From positions 1 to 64,000 of the forward strand of contig ADNK01001382.1 in the NCBI GenBank assembly GCA_000320545.1: a stretch of 64,000 nt of DNA, written 5' to 3'. Of the stretch, positions 14,076-26,644 are shown in pieces; positions within the stretch are counted from its first letter, which is position 1, and each line of letters begins with the position of its first letter. The stretch comes from Bigelowiella natans CCMP2755 (taxonomy: Eukaryota; Protista; Cercozoa). Both the position numbers and the translations under genes were made by a program. Under the pieces are notes generated by a model. It searched no databases, was not told the DNA's origin, and worked only from the letters and a program-made list of their open reading frames with translations.

Positions 14076-14540
14076 TTTTAAGAGTTGTCTCTTTGTGTAA
14101 ATAAAGGACGCTTTTAGTTTTATATCCCTCTATGATTATCCTGTGCGACTTGCCAGAGTTGCGAACTTTATTAAAGAACGTAGTCCATTTTTTTTCCCCT
14201 ATCGTTCTCTCCTTGAAAACTCAACATTCCTATTTTGACGTGTTAGGATCATGTCGCAGTAGGTGAAACTAGGTCGAGAGGTATCATTCGACTTCGCAGA
14301 CCCCGATTTAATTTTGTTTCTGTCCCATTTGTAGGTATCTTAAACATTTCGCGTTTGCGTCAGCTCGACCAATTCGGCTTTGAAGTTTTAAGATGACGTA
14401 CCTTCCTCTGCGTATCTTTGGCCAGCAAAAATTTCCCGAATTCATCATAAATATGACAATATATGTTGTCGTATTGTAATTTCATGATCGATTATTGAAT
14501 CATATAATCATAACCTGATTCTGAAACAGAGAATCAGGAT

Positions 14541-14548
14541 CCACGTCA
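14541..14548 (-). promoter_or_regulatory. UPRE-like element (TGACGTGG on minus strand) upstream of BiP
   Basis: CCACGTCA lies ~220 bp upstream of the BiP ATG and matches the XBP1/bZIP60-type unfolded protein response element. Extra TGACGT cores occur near 14236 and 14394. Confidence 0.45.
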
Positions 14549-14765
14549 GCGCGAGGCCAAATCCCTTCAGAACTTGACAGCGATTTTGAAGACACTACGC
14601 ACATATTATTTCTAATTTTTGATATAACGACAATAAAATGAAATAAAATAAACTGTAAATCTCATGCAATCCTGAGAGAATGTGAAAGTGCTATACGTCG
14701 TCCAGGTCTGAATTTCGCTGCGAAGACCACAAACCAAAGACCGTCACGGATACCCCCCCCCCAAG

Positions 14766-16888
14766 ATGAATCGTGTAGCTCTGGCCGTATTCGGCCTTGT
14801 TGCCCTTCTCGCATTTTCGTCCGTCCACGCTGATGAAGAAGGTATTTGGGAGAAAATAAATTGGATATAGTTCGAAGTGAAGGTAGACAGGGAGGGCGGA
14901 CCTTGTTTTTTTAGTGTGGCAATACGAGGAAGTAGCGTGGGTAAAAATCTGACACATATTTATATTCATTAGTTGGAACTGTTATTGGTATCGACCTTGG
15001 AACCACATACTCTTGCGTCGGAGTGTACAAGGACGGTCGTGTCCAGATCATTGCTAATGACCAAGGAAACCGTATTACCCCTTCATACGTTGCATTCTCT
15101 GACGAGGAGCGTCTTATCGGAGATGCTGCGAAAAACCAGGCTTCTACTAACCCTAGGAATACTATTTTCGATGTTAAGCGTCTGATCGGACGTGGATACA
15201 AGGACAAGGAAGTCCAGCGTGACAAGAAGCTCCTCCCTTATTCGATTGTTGACAAGAAAGGAAAGCCTTACATCTCCGTAGAAGTTAAGGGGGAGAAAAA
15301 AACTTTTTCTGCTGAAGAAATTTCTGCTATGATCCTTCAAAAGATGAAGGAGGTTGCTGAGAGCTTCCTTGGAAAGGAGATCCAGAACGCTGTCGTTACT
15401 GTCCCTGCATACTTCAACGACGCACAGCGTCAGGCTACCAAGGATGCTGGCACTATCTCCGGCCTCAACGTTATGCGTATCATCAACGAGCCTACTGCAG
15501 CAGCTATTGCTTACGGGCTTGATAAGAAGAACAAGGAAACTAACATCCTCGTTTACGATCTTGGAGGAGGAACCTTCGATGTTTCCATTCTCACCATCGA
15601 TGAGGGAGTCTTCGAGGTCCTCGCAACCAACGGTGACACCCACCTTGGAGGAGAGGACTTCGACCAGCGTGTAATGGCCCACTTCATCAAGCTGATCAAG
15701 AAAAAGTTCAAGAAAGACATCTCCAAGAACCTGCGAGCTCTTGCTAAGCTCCGTCGCGAGGTTGAGAAGGCTAAGCGGGCCCTCTCTACCAACCACCAGG
15801 TGAAGGTCGAAATTGAGTCCCTCTTCGATGGCGAGGACTTCTCGGAGACCTTGACCCGTGCTCGTTTCGAGGAACTTAACAACGACCTCTTCCGCAAGAC
15901 CTTGAAGCCTGTCAGCAACGTCATGAAGGATTCCGGCTTGAAGAAGAACGAGATCGACGAGATTGTCCTTGTTGGAGGATCCACTCGTATTCCCAAGATT
16001 CAGCAGCTCATTAAGGACTTCTTCAACGGAAAGGAACCTAATCGCGGAATCAACCCCGATGAGGCTGTTGCCTACGGAGCTGCAGTTCAGGGAGGCGTTC
16101 TTTCCGGAGAGGGCGGAGAAGAAACCAAGGACCTTCTTCTGCTCGACGTCACGCCTCTCTCCATGGGTATCGAGACCGTCGGCGGTGTCATGACCAAGTT
16201 GATTGAGAGGAACACTGTTATCCCTACCAAGAAGTCTCAGACATTCTCGACTTACCAGGACAACCAACCTGCTGTCCTCATCCAGGTCTTCCAGGGTGAG
16301 CGTGCAATGACCAAGGACAACGTACTCCTCGGTAAGTTCGAGCTTACGGGCATTCCTCCTGCTCCTCGTGGTGTTCCTCAGATCGAAGTCACCTTCGAGA
16401 TCGATGCGAACGGTGTCGTCAGTGTATCTGCTGAAGACAAGGGTGCTGGAACCTCAGAATCCATCACTATCACTGCTGATAAGGGACGATTGTCCGAGGA
16501 AGAGATCGAGCGTATGGTTCGCGAAGCTGAAGAATATGCTGAGGATGATAAGAGGAACAAGGAGAACATCGACGCTAGAAATGGTCTCGAAGGTTTCGCT
16601 TACACCCTCAAGAACCAAATCAGCGACGAAGAGAAACTAGGAGGCAAGATTAGCGAGGAGGATAAGAAAACCATCGAGGAGAAGGCTGATGAGATCATCG
16701 AATGGCTCGACGAGAACCAGGACGCTGAAAAGGATGACTACGACGAGAAGAAGAAGGAGTTAGAAAGCGTTTCGAACCCTATCATGACCAAGCTCTACCA
16801 AGAGTTTGGCCAGGGAGGAGCTCCTGGAGGAGCAGATGATGGTGACTTCGAGGACGACGAAGATATTCCTGACCATGATGAACTTTAA
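14766..16888 (+). CDS. BiP: ER luminal Hsp70 chaperone BiP/GRP78
   Basis: Exon 1 (14766-14841) encodes signal peptide [25 protein letters not shown]. Intron 14842-14972. Exon 2 has [43 protein letters not shown] and a C-terminal HDEL ER-retention signal. Confidence 0.98.
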
Positions 16889-17149
16889 ACTAGCACGGAT
16901 TTAAGAAACTTTGTGCAGCAGAATTCACGAAGTCTACACACCCTAGCAGGACAACAGAAAACTTACATTTTTGGCCCCTGCGCAGTCGTGAATTTGAATC
17001 ACCCCACTCAAAGCGTACGTACATCTGGCATGTATTGTGATGTATCGGTTACACAAGCGAAAATAACTAAGAAAATCGATCGACTGCATCTTGTAAGCAA
17101 GCGCTTTTTCGATCATTGTACATGTCAAGATGTTACATCGCATCGTAGC

Positions 17150-17850
17150 GCATGTGAGGCACATGCTAGCATGCTAGCATGACTGCGGGCATTGCTAGAT
17201 TGCTAGATTGCTTAATGATCACACAATCACACAATGACTTGATTATGCATTCCAAATACAAACAGTCTAGCAGTATACGTGCTAGCTAGCTAGAGAGTGG
17301 CACTGGAGCATGCTATCTAGCTATGTCTCGATGCGTCGTCTGAATGATGCGATGTCGCGCAATGAATGCGAACCGTTTATTAATTAGCATTCACATCGTC
17401 ATCTGGTCATCATTTGAACGTCACTTTTTGTGTTAGCTGTTAGCGCAAGCTAGCGTAGCTAGGTAGCTAGATAGCTAGCTAACCACGCTAGTATAGCAGA
17501 CATTCGCACTCCAAGCTAGCAAGCTAGCCAGCCAAGTATTGTAGACACAGTACATCCATCTAGCTAACTCTAGCCATCGTATCTGCACATCTCTAGATCT
17601 AGCTAGCTAGGCATGCTAGCATGCGAGAGCGTTACTGGGTTCTAGTGTTACATCTAGCTAGCTAGAGTGGGCACTAGCTAGCTAGCATGAAATCATGGCC
17701 ATAGCTAGAGTGCTAGAGTGGGGCATTCTAGCAGTGACTAGAAAACATCAGCAGGCTTTTATGTAACCCTAATGTATAGTAATGACGATGCTTGGCACGG
17801 TCGCATGCATGACACACATGTCATTCCACATGCTAGCATTTTACAAGTCA
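17150..17850. other. CTAG/AGCT palindrome-rich intergenic tract at a convergent gene junction
   Basis: gctagctagctag, gctagcgtagctaggtagctagatagctagct and catgctagcatgctagcatg between the BiP stop (16888) and the MMPL stop (18121). Confidence 0.75.
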
Positions 17851-18120
17851 AATGTTGCATGGGAATTTTAATATACATAACCATTAAATAAAGGCATTTC
17901 AATTAAAATTCAATAGCCTGGAACACATACCAACTCTAGAACTGCTCCAGTGCACGGACGCGAATGCGATGCGCACCGTAGCGATGTCACCATGATCCTA
18001 ACCTGGCGACTGTAAATGTACACATTGTGTGCTAATAATGTATAGGGTTACGTCGATGTAAGCCCTTCAAATAAATGCTGCGGATCTCCCCCTATGCACT
18101 TTGGGCTCCTCGTTAACTTT

Positions 18121-21100
18121 CTAAAGTGAAGAGCTGCCCCTGCCACGTTCATCATTGACTCGACATCTCCGTGTCACGGGTGGTACCTGACCAGCGATGA
18201 TTCGAACAATTGGTAGGGAAAGGGCTGAGGACGGATAAACTGTGATGATGCATTGTAAAAGTGTTATAATTTTCACTATATTAACCAGGGCCAGCCACCA
18301 CCACTACTACAACAACTACAGCAACAACTGCTACTTTCTACTGCTACGACTTTCAACGACAATTACCTTGCCGGGCCACCAGTTCCATTCGACTCCGATC
18401 ATTAGCAGCGCAGGCACAAGCCACGCTCGCACTAAGAATGTGTCGAGAATACACGTGGACGCGACCAGTATGCCAATCGTTCGTAACACAAACAACTCTG
18501 ATGTTATCAGGGCCGAGAATGCGGCCAGCATGATCAACCCAGCGACCGTTATTATACCTGAGAACCGTATTAAGCACGGCCACCACCATCAATCTTCATC
18601 ATCCATCATCATCATCATCATCATCATCATAATTATCATCACCATCACTATCCCTCATCATCATCATCATCATCATCATCATCGTCGCCGTCGTTCAGGA
18701 ACAAAGAAGGGCGATTGCTCCTACCGCTAGTCCTATACATCGCAGCCATGGTCGCGTCCTGCGTCGAGAAGCCTTCGAGGCGGTACTCGTGGATTCGGAC
18801 GAGGAGAAAGAGGTCGTAGTCGAGGGTGAGGCCTACGAGCACGGGAACGATCATAATGGGCACGATGAAGTTTATTCCGTCCCCCTGCGCCCCCGGGATT
18901 CGGATGTCCTGCAGCAGCACCACCATGATGCCGAACACCCACGCCAGCGAGAAGGCCACAGTCACGAGCAGCCTTATCCCCATGGTGAGGGACTGGAACG
19001 AGACCGCCGTGAGCGCGAGCACCACGCTCACGACGGCCCCGAGCATGTAGTAGGGGGCGGATTCGTACATCGACTCCTTGAGGTCGGTGAGGATGGGCGC
19101 CATGCCCTCGAAGTAGAGCTGCCACTCCACGCCGTGTCGCCTGCCCACCTCGGCCTCGTGGTCCATGAGGTTTCTCACCTCGTCCACCCACTGGCTCGAG
19201 TAGCCCCCGACGCTGTTGAAGCTCGGTTCCAGCACGATGATGGCGGCGGACCCCAGCATGCTTTTCGTCTTCCTCATCTGGTACCGATACGCTCTTGCCT
19301 TCCCGCTCGGCCCGGCCCCGCCTGGGTTATAAAGGCCGTCGGGCCGCGTCTGGTTGAGGAGGCCGACTGCCTCGTCAAACGTGACGGCCTCGCCGTCCAT
19401 CCAGCCGATGCTCTTGATGCCGGTTGCCCCGGCGCTCACCGGCAGGTCGAGGATCTTGCGCGACAGAGCTGTTATGTTCGCGACAACGTGCCTGTCGAAG
19501 ATCCGCTGCTTGAAAGGGCACATGTCGCACGTCCCCGCGCAGAGGTGGCCCCAGGTGAGGAACTTCCGGGCCGCCTCATGATATTTCTTCTGCCCCCCCG
19601 CGCCGACCTCGGTGCCCAGCTTCCTCGAGGAGCACTCCTTCCCGAGGAGGGCGGAGGCCAGCTGGCAGTTGACCGACGCAGGGCGCTGGCAGAAGTACGA
19701 TTTCCCGTCCGGCCCAATGTAGCAAGGGGTTATTTTGTTGATCCATCCTCCGGTGTCGTCGCCGCACTCGAAGAGCCTAGCGAACTCCTCCTCCTCCCCC
19801 ACCTTCACGTCTGCCGCCGCTGGCGGAGGGGTGGTCGTCGGCGAGGCCGTGGGTACGGCGAGGGATGACGTGGGCGGTGCTGTGGAATTGCAGCTCACGC
19901 TGCAGGTCTGAGGGCAGAAGAAGGAGGGCGAGTATCCGTCCGGATAGGCTGGATTTGCCACCCCCGGGTCATAGCGACAAGCCATTCTGTGAGCTTCGGG
20001 GCCGAATTGCTGATGAAACAGCGTCTTGTTGCCGCCTCCCAACTCCTTGTACATGCCCCTCTCGATCTCGCGTTGGAACATGCCGATGAGCTGCGGGCAC
20101 GTCTTGTTGCGGCTGGCGATGAGCCCTTCGGGGTCGTCCCTGAGGCAGTCCGGAGGCTGGAAGACACAGCGCGGCTTGTCGCCGCCCAGCTCGCCGTTCA
20201 ATTTGAAATTCTCTTTGAAGCAGTATTTAGCGTACTTCTTGTCCTTAAACTTGTTCGTCTCGGCCTTCTGCTCCTCGTCCCCCCCCCGCTCCTTCTCCTC
20301 CCCGCCCCCTGCCGCCGGCAATGACGTATGGTTCTTGAGCGAGACGGCATGGCCAAGGGTAATGACCAGATATTGCTTCTGCAGGGTCCCGACGTTGAAG
20401 CCGGCGTCTTTGATCATGTTCATTGTCTTTATGGGGGCGGACTGTGAGAGCTGCATCTGCTCGAAACTGGTGGATATCTTGAGCCGTGCAATTTGCCCCA
20501 CGAGAGGCGCCCCCAGCAGCACCATCACCAGAATCACCGTCAGTGGTCTGTCGCGGCACAAAAGCGCGATCTTGACCCACACCGAGCTGCTGGGAATCCT
20601 CATATCAGCTGTAGGAGTTCTCGGTTCTAGCGAGCCGTCTCCCCCCCCAGCCTCCGCGTCCTCTTCCTCCTCCTCTTCCTCAACAATCGCGTCTTCAAAG
20701 GAAACCTCCAACCCTGTGCTAAGTGGCTGGCGCAAATCATCCTATCGTAGTCGAGTAGTAGTAGTAGTAGTAGTAGTAGTAGAAGAAGTAGAGAATCATC
20801 AAACATGAGTAGAGTTGACGGACATGACGACGACGACGACGACGACAAGGATGACGATGAGATCCCTATCCTCCCAAGTTAGCTTGGGGCAACAGGAACA
20901 TGCGGGGGGGAGGAGAGGGGGGCGGGGACACGGAGTTAAGAAGGTGTGATAGTGCTCTCACTACTACCGTCTTTCCTTCTCTCCTTCCTGCATGTATGAG
21001 GTTTCGCGATCGGCTATTTGTCCTATCGTCACTGCTGGAAAGTTTTGCTGCATTCTCCTCCATCAACTGGTCATCATCTAAGAGGAGGAGGAGGAGGAGG

Positions 21101-21260
21101 AGGAGGAAGAGGAGGAGGAGAGGACAAAGCAGGCGAAATGTTTAGATGCATGATAAAAACAACAGAGATAGCCATGGGAATGTGCGTGAGTGTTACCTTG
21201 TTCTTCGTCGATATCCTCATCTAAGTTGAACAACTGGTCGGATCCCACTGAATCAAGAGC

Positions 21261-21292
<32 letters not shown>

Positions 21293-22895
21293 TTACGATG
21301 GTGGAAGAGCATAGAGATGATGGCGATGACGACGATGGTGATAATGATGATGATGAGGATGATGGTCGGGAGAAGAATGGACATGAGGAGAACCGGTGGC
21401 GATGGTATCATATACACAACAAAAATGAATATATCAAATATGCAGATATATATAAAAATATATATATTTTATATATATATATATTTATTTATATGTACAC
21501 GGCTTACTATGTGATCTATTGGCACGTGTTGCCATTTTTGGAGAGGGGTGGGTGCCCTTCTTTTTCTTCCTTTTTTTCCTATTCCCCCGAGATGATGACT
21601 TCCTTTCCTTTGAGTCATCATCATGATTATCGCCGTTATCATCGTCGTGGTAATCCTTCGGCTTTCGACCCAGCTCAAGCCCATCAATTAGCCCGTCGTC
21701 CTCCTCTCCCTCCCCCTCCTCCTCTTCGCCGTCGAGAATATCATCATCTTCAGTCCCATCAATAGGTTTGAAAGATGGGCCACCTTCTCCCCCCTCGTCG
21801 TCGGGAGAACGGGCACTGTAGGAGGAGGAGGAGTCTCCTATCGTTTTCATCTCAAGGCGATCGTAAGCCTCCACCTGCTCTCCGGAGAAGGAAAGGGAGG
21901 GGGGGGAAGAAGGTTATCGAGAGTTGGCAGCTGTAAGTAGCTTGACTATCACCACCATTGATTCCTTCGAATGTTCCCGTCAGATTTCACATCGTCCCCC
22001 TCTTTCCCCCCTCCCTCCTCCCCCCTCCTCCATTATCATGTCGCGATGAAAAACACATTGAAATTCTATGCGGGGTGACAAGCGTATATTGGGAAGGAGG
22101 GGGGGGAGGGGGGGGGGGGTGACAATACATATATAAATCTTATGTGTAGGCAGCGGGGATGGTGAATGATAAATGGTGTGGGGTCATAGCACCGGGACAT
22201 CTCCGCCGTCCCTGGCCAGCTCGTCGTCGACATCGCTCATGCACGTCCGTACGCACGCCACGCACCAAGGCCATCCAGAAATCCAGCTGATGACTGTCGT
22301 GGCAATGTTCAACCGGATCCTGGAGACGAACCCATTCTTCTTATAGCAGCACTTAAAGTCTGAAGGGGGAGAGGGGGAGATGCAGGTGGAGGAAACATAT
22401 TCAGCTGCACAGGAAAAAATAAAGTATACGCGATGTCGAGGAAAGAATATGGACTATCACAGTGCCAAAAAAATAGTAATGTGACAAATTCTCGTCTTCC
22501 TCCACCTGCATTGTTATATCGCCATCATTATCATTATCATCATCACCATCATCGTTGCATGACGACCATCAATATCACCACCACCACCACCGCCACCATC
22601 ATCATTTTCAACACTGAACTACCAGGCATAAGAATCAGGAGCGCTGGGATGAGGGACATGTTGACCGTCATACAGATCAGAATCAAAATGCCGCAGCTAG
22701 CTCCCACTTGCTGCACGAGTGCGGTGTCGATTATGAGGAGAGAGAAGAACGACATCGCCAGTATGATGCCGGACAAAAACACAGTCTTCCCTGCGGTTTG
22801 CACGGCGATGATCACGGCCGACGTCTTGGATTGTCCGGCGAGCCTTTCCTCCCTCCACCGACTCAATATGAAGAGTGCGTAGTCTGTTTGAATGT

Positions 22896-22940
<45 letters not shown>

Positions 22941-24066
22941 GAAAAAAAGAGATAGCCGAGAGGAAGAAGAAGAGGAAGAAGAGGCCAAAACACACATATA
23001 AACACACACACGCACACACGGACGCATATTTTCAAAGAAATAAAAGAGTACAATTTTAATGATACACGTTCGATAGACGCTCTTTGCAACGACGGCCATC
23101 AGGTCCAACAGCAGCAGCAGCAGCAGCAGCAGCAGTGATGAGCTGTCGAAGAGGAGGAAGGAGGAGTAGGAAGGGGGGAGGAGGAAGAGGAGGAGGGCTA
23201 CCAATCGACATCGCCACGAGAATGGACACCCATATCCCTGGAGAAATATGTGCCCAGCTGTACGGCCCACCGTAATGCTTTTGCAACGGCTACCACATCA
23301 TACCATATCACATCATATTTCAACAAAGCTAGCAAAGGGAGTAGTATACCGTCCATCTATCACTATCACGCCAAGTATTAAATGAAGAAGACGAAGAAGA
23401 AGAAGAAGAAGAAGAAGATCGAATCATGCCAGGAGGGGGGGCGGGTTATTATTATTATTATTATCATTGTTACTGTTATCATTACCACTAAGATGAAAAT
23501 CGTGGCAAGCAATGCGACAGGCATTGTGAGCAGGACGAAGAATGCCGTTGGTCCCACGGTGCTACATGATGAAGAGGGGGCGGAAAGAGGGGGGGGGGAA
23601 TAAACAGCGGCTGAGATAATGCTTATATATTGAAATTACTACTTTCGAGTATGGGAAAGGGGGGAGTGGGGGGTGGGGGTGGGGCGCAGTGCAGCATCTA
23701 GTAGTGAGTGAGTATGTAGGTGAGTGATGCTGAGCCCACACGCCATAGAATGGCAAGTAGTAGCTCAGGCAATTATTACGCGAAGAGAATCGTGAAAGCG
23801 ATGGGCAGCGTCAGGATGTGACCCCTTGATGTGTCGCTAAGCGCACCCGCGGCAGTAGCACGCATCTGAATTGCAGAGGAGGGGAGCGGGAGAGGAAGCA
23901 AGAGAGGGAGGGGGGGGGGGGAAGAGAGAAAGGGAAACGTGCGTCAGCAGATTTGTTCACCGTATCCGTGTAAAGTAGTAGTAGCGCACACATGTAGAGT
24001 AGTGATGTGCCTATATCTGGCAGATCTCAACATCAAAGGAAGTTCTGCTCTAGGGAGGGGAGAGGG

Positions 24067-24107
<41 letters not shown>

Positions 24108-24188
24108 CCGGGGAAGAGAGTAGCATTGTGTGGCCATAGACCTGCTCTGACCAACTCGTAAGGCCGTATTCGAAGTCATGGTCCTGTT

Positions 24189-24222
<34 letters not shown>

Positions 24223-24554
24223 GGAAGATGACCAGAGGAAACACTACGTTCACCACGAGGTAAGAGAAGTTCAAAGCACACGAATTAATAGACAACCCCA
24301 CCACCACCACCACAGGACATCCTCTCCTCATACCAACTAGAAAGACGTACCGATCCAAAGACCTCGTCCATCTGTCCCCGGAGCCAGTCTGACGATAAAA
24401 TAGCAATGACAGAACAGTGAACGACAATTTGAAGGAACCTCCCCCCCCCTCCCACAGCACAGCCTTCGCATAAGACGTTCAAAGTTCGGTGACCTGAAAG
24501 GGGATAAAACGTAGCCTTGTTGCTGCACTTTGGAATAGACCCCTGTAGTTGTAA

Positions 24555-24625
<71 letters not shown>

Positions 24626-24953
24626 CATATATACATCTTGTCAGGTTGTTACTAGCCAGGGCATGGCAAGATTGTGGTGACGTCCAAACTTAGGCTGATG
24701 ATGGAAATTATGATGATGTGATGATGATTCTCAATAATACCTCCAGGATCACAATGGTGACTTTGTTGTCCGCGGAGACGTATCGCTGACATCACGAAAT
24801 ATGAAGAGAGAATGCATTTAACTTCTCCCCCTTATTGCCATGAAACAGAATTTTTTAATTCGACCTTCCTTGCTATCTCTTCTCCGAATTCCTCTCGGTC
24901 ATGGTAATAGCTGCAACAATCAACATCTTAGGGGTGTGTGGGGAAGGGGGGGG

Positions 24954-24991
<38 letters not shown>

Positions 24992-25310
24992 ACTTATGGA
25001 ATGAACAATTGCTTACCCGTGGACTCTTTCGATTGCGTTGTACAAGTTCACCTGTCTTTGTTGAAAACCTGCCAGTAGTTCACCCCCACAGACTGCTCCA
25101 GGTATTTTGCAGATCTCTGAGGAGGGAGGGGGGGGGGCAGGATATTGTTATATCAAGCCAAACGACGAGTTTGTCAGCACAAAGCTTCAACGAAAGGACG
25201 GGGTGTTTGCTCAACCGAGCATCGTAACTCACCATCACAGTCCACGTGTAGCCAGTTAACTTTGAAATTCTTGAAATGACAGGTCATCTCTGGTTTCACG
25301 CATCTGATGG

Positions 25311-25342
<32 letters not shown>

Positions 25343-26130
25343 CACAGGAGCACACAAAAATGATGAGAACAAATATTTTTTTTGTCGCGACATAATAGAA
25401 TATCAGTCTCCTCCTCATTACGTTGAAAGGTTTCCTATCCGCCTCGCAAATTCTCTCATTTCTGCTCCGAGAACGGTTGCTCTGCTGCTCGTATCACGAA
25501 TCTTAACCACTATCATAGTCGGCATAGGGTTCAGAAACGCAGCTCGGTTCAAGAAGTTGTCATTAAAGACTTGCAGCCCGCTAAGGGAAGATGGTAAGGA
25601 GGAGAATGAGCACAACTAACGATGACGAACACAATACAGTATATTGGACAATCTAAGATTATAGCATCTCACTCATAGGCCCTCCCGCTCTTTGTGTCGA
25701 TACTGGTGTCAAGGCGAAGATCCGGCAATCGAAGAAAACTTTCGATTTAGTTTCAAAACAGAAAAATCGTCACACTAATTGCATCGAAGACGCGCATGTC
25801 AAACTCTTGAACACTCTATACAGATTTTGTCTCACCCGAAACGCGCTGTGCTGAACCAGAAAGCGACGACTATGAGAGCACATAGCGTGCTGACGTTGAT
25901 ATGAGAATATTCGTGTCAAACGATGAATAAATTTACTATCCATGAAGACATTATGGGAAAACACAATAAGTTCTAGAAGAGATGGTAAACAATCTCTTAC
26001 ACATCGACTAAAATTAAATATAAATTTCTAATACAAATCAAATAAACATGAGGAACTTGTGCTTTTGTGTGTCGGTCGCACAAAATCCCATTTTCCCTTC
26101 ACAAAACTCTTAAATCCTCCCTATGAAATT
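18121..26130 (-). CDS. MMPL-family (RND superfamily) membrane transporter with Cys-rich insert; 5' end uncertain
   Basis: Two MMPL halves: DYALFILSRWREERLAG..AVQTAGKTVFLSGIILAMSF (~22620-22882) and VGLTLDYDLFLLVRIHEYRLEG..AMYRTS / GIITVAGLIMLAAFSAL..LDTFLVRAWLVPALL..NWWPG (~18370-18850). Last exon VPPVTRR..SSSL* stops at 18121. Upstream exons are traced only loosely to ~26100. Confidence 0.8.
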
Positions 26131-26644
26131 TCGGAAACGTTTTCTATGGCTCTAAAAACCAATGTTGTATTCTTTTGCTTCCTCATCCTCAACATTTCTC
26201 TTCCTTTCTTCCGAAAGCACGAAAAGGGTACGGGTAACACTGGGTTGCCACTGTGCACAACCTTATAGTCTGTGTCGCTGGACAGAGCATGCCGGAGGGC
26301 TAGCGAAAACAATTCCAGTCTATTCTTATCAAATTTTGGCGAGTTAAACGGAAAGGGATGGTGTGAAGAGAAAGGGAGAGGAAGGTACTGTGGGAGGGGG
26401 GGGCAGCGAAAAATCACAGCTGTTTATCGAAGAGACAGCGTGGGGAAAGGGGGAGAAAATAGGTAGACGACAACACCGAAACTCCCGTTTCGTTATAAAT
26501 TCGCTTAATTTCTCGGAAAGAAGAAGCGATATGTTTGCCTTCTATTTTGTCATAATCTGGAATGTATTCATTATGTGCGTCGAGGCTGAATAATTGTCGC
26601 AGCGAATACTCGTAGATGTTCCTTTTTGAGGCTGATGCTTCACA

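Noticed and set aside
15083-16267. 394-aa ORF antisense to BiP
   Set aside because: Long antisense frames are a known by-product of Hsp70 codon bias, and it has no independent motifs.
17763-18051. Telomere-like inverted pair GTAACCCTA ... TAGGGTTAC
   Set aside because: Only 9 bp, single copies, and no evident target-site duplication, so it is compatible with chance.
18789-20808. Plus-strand ORFs of 359 and 260 aa
   Set aside because: They are antisense shadows of the GC-rich MMPL exon.
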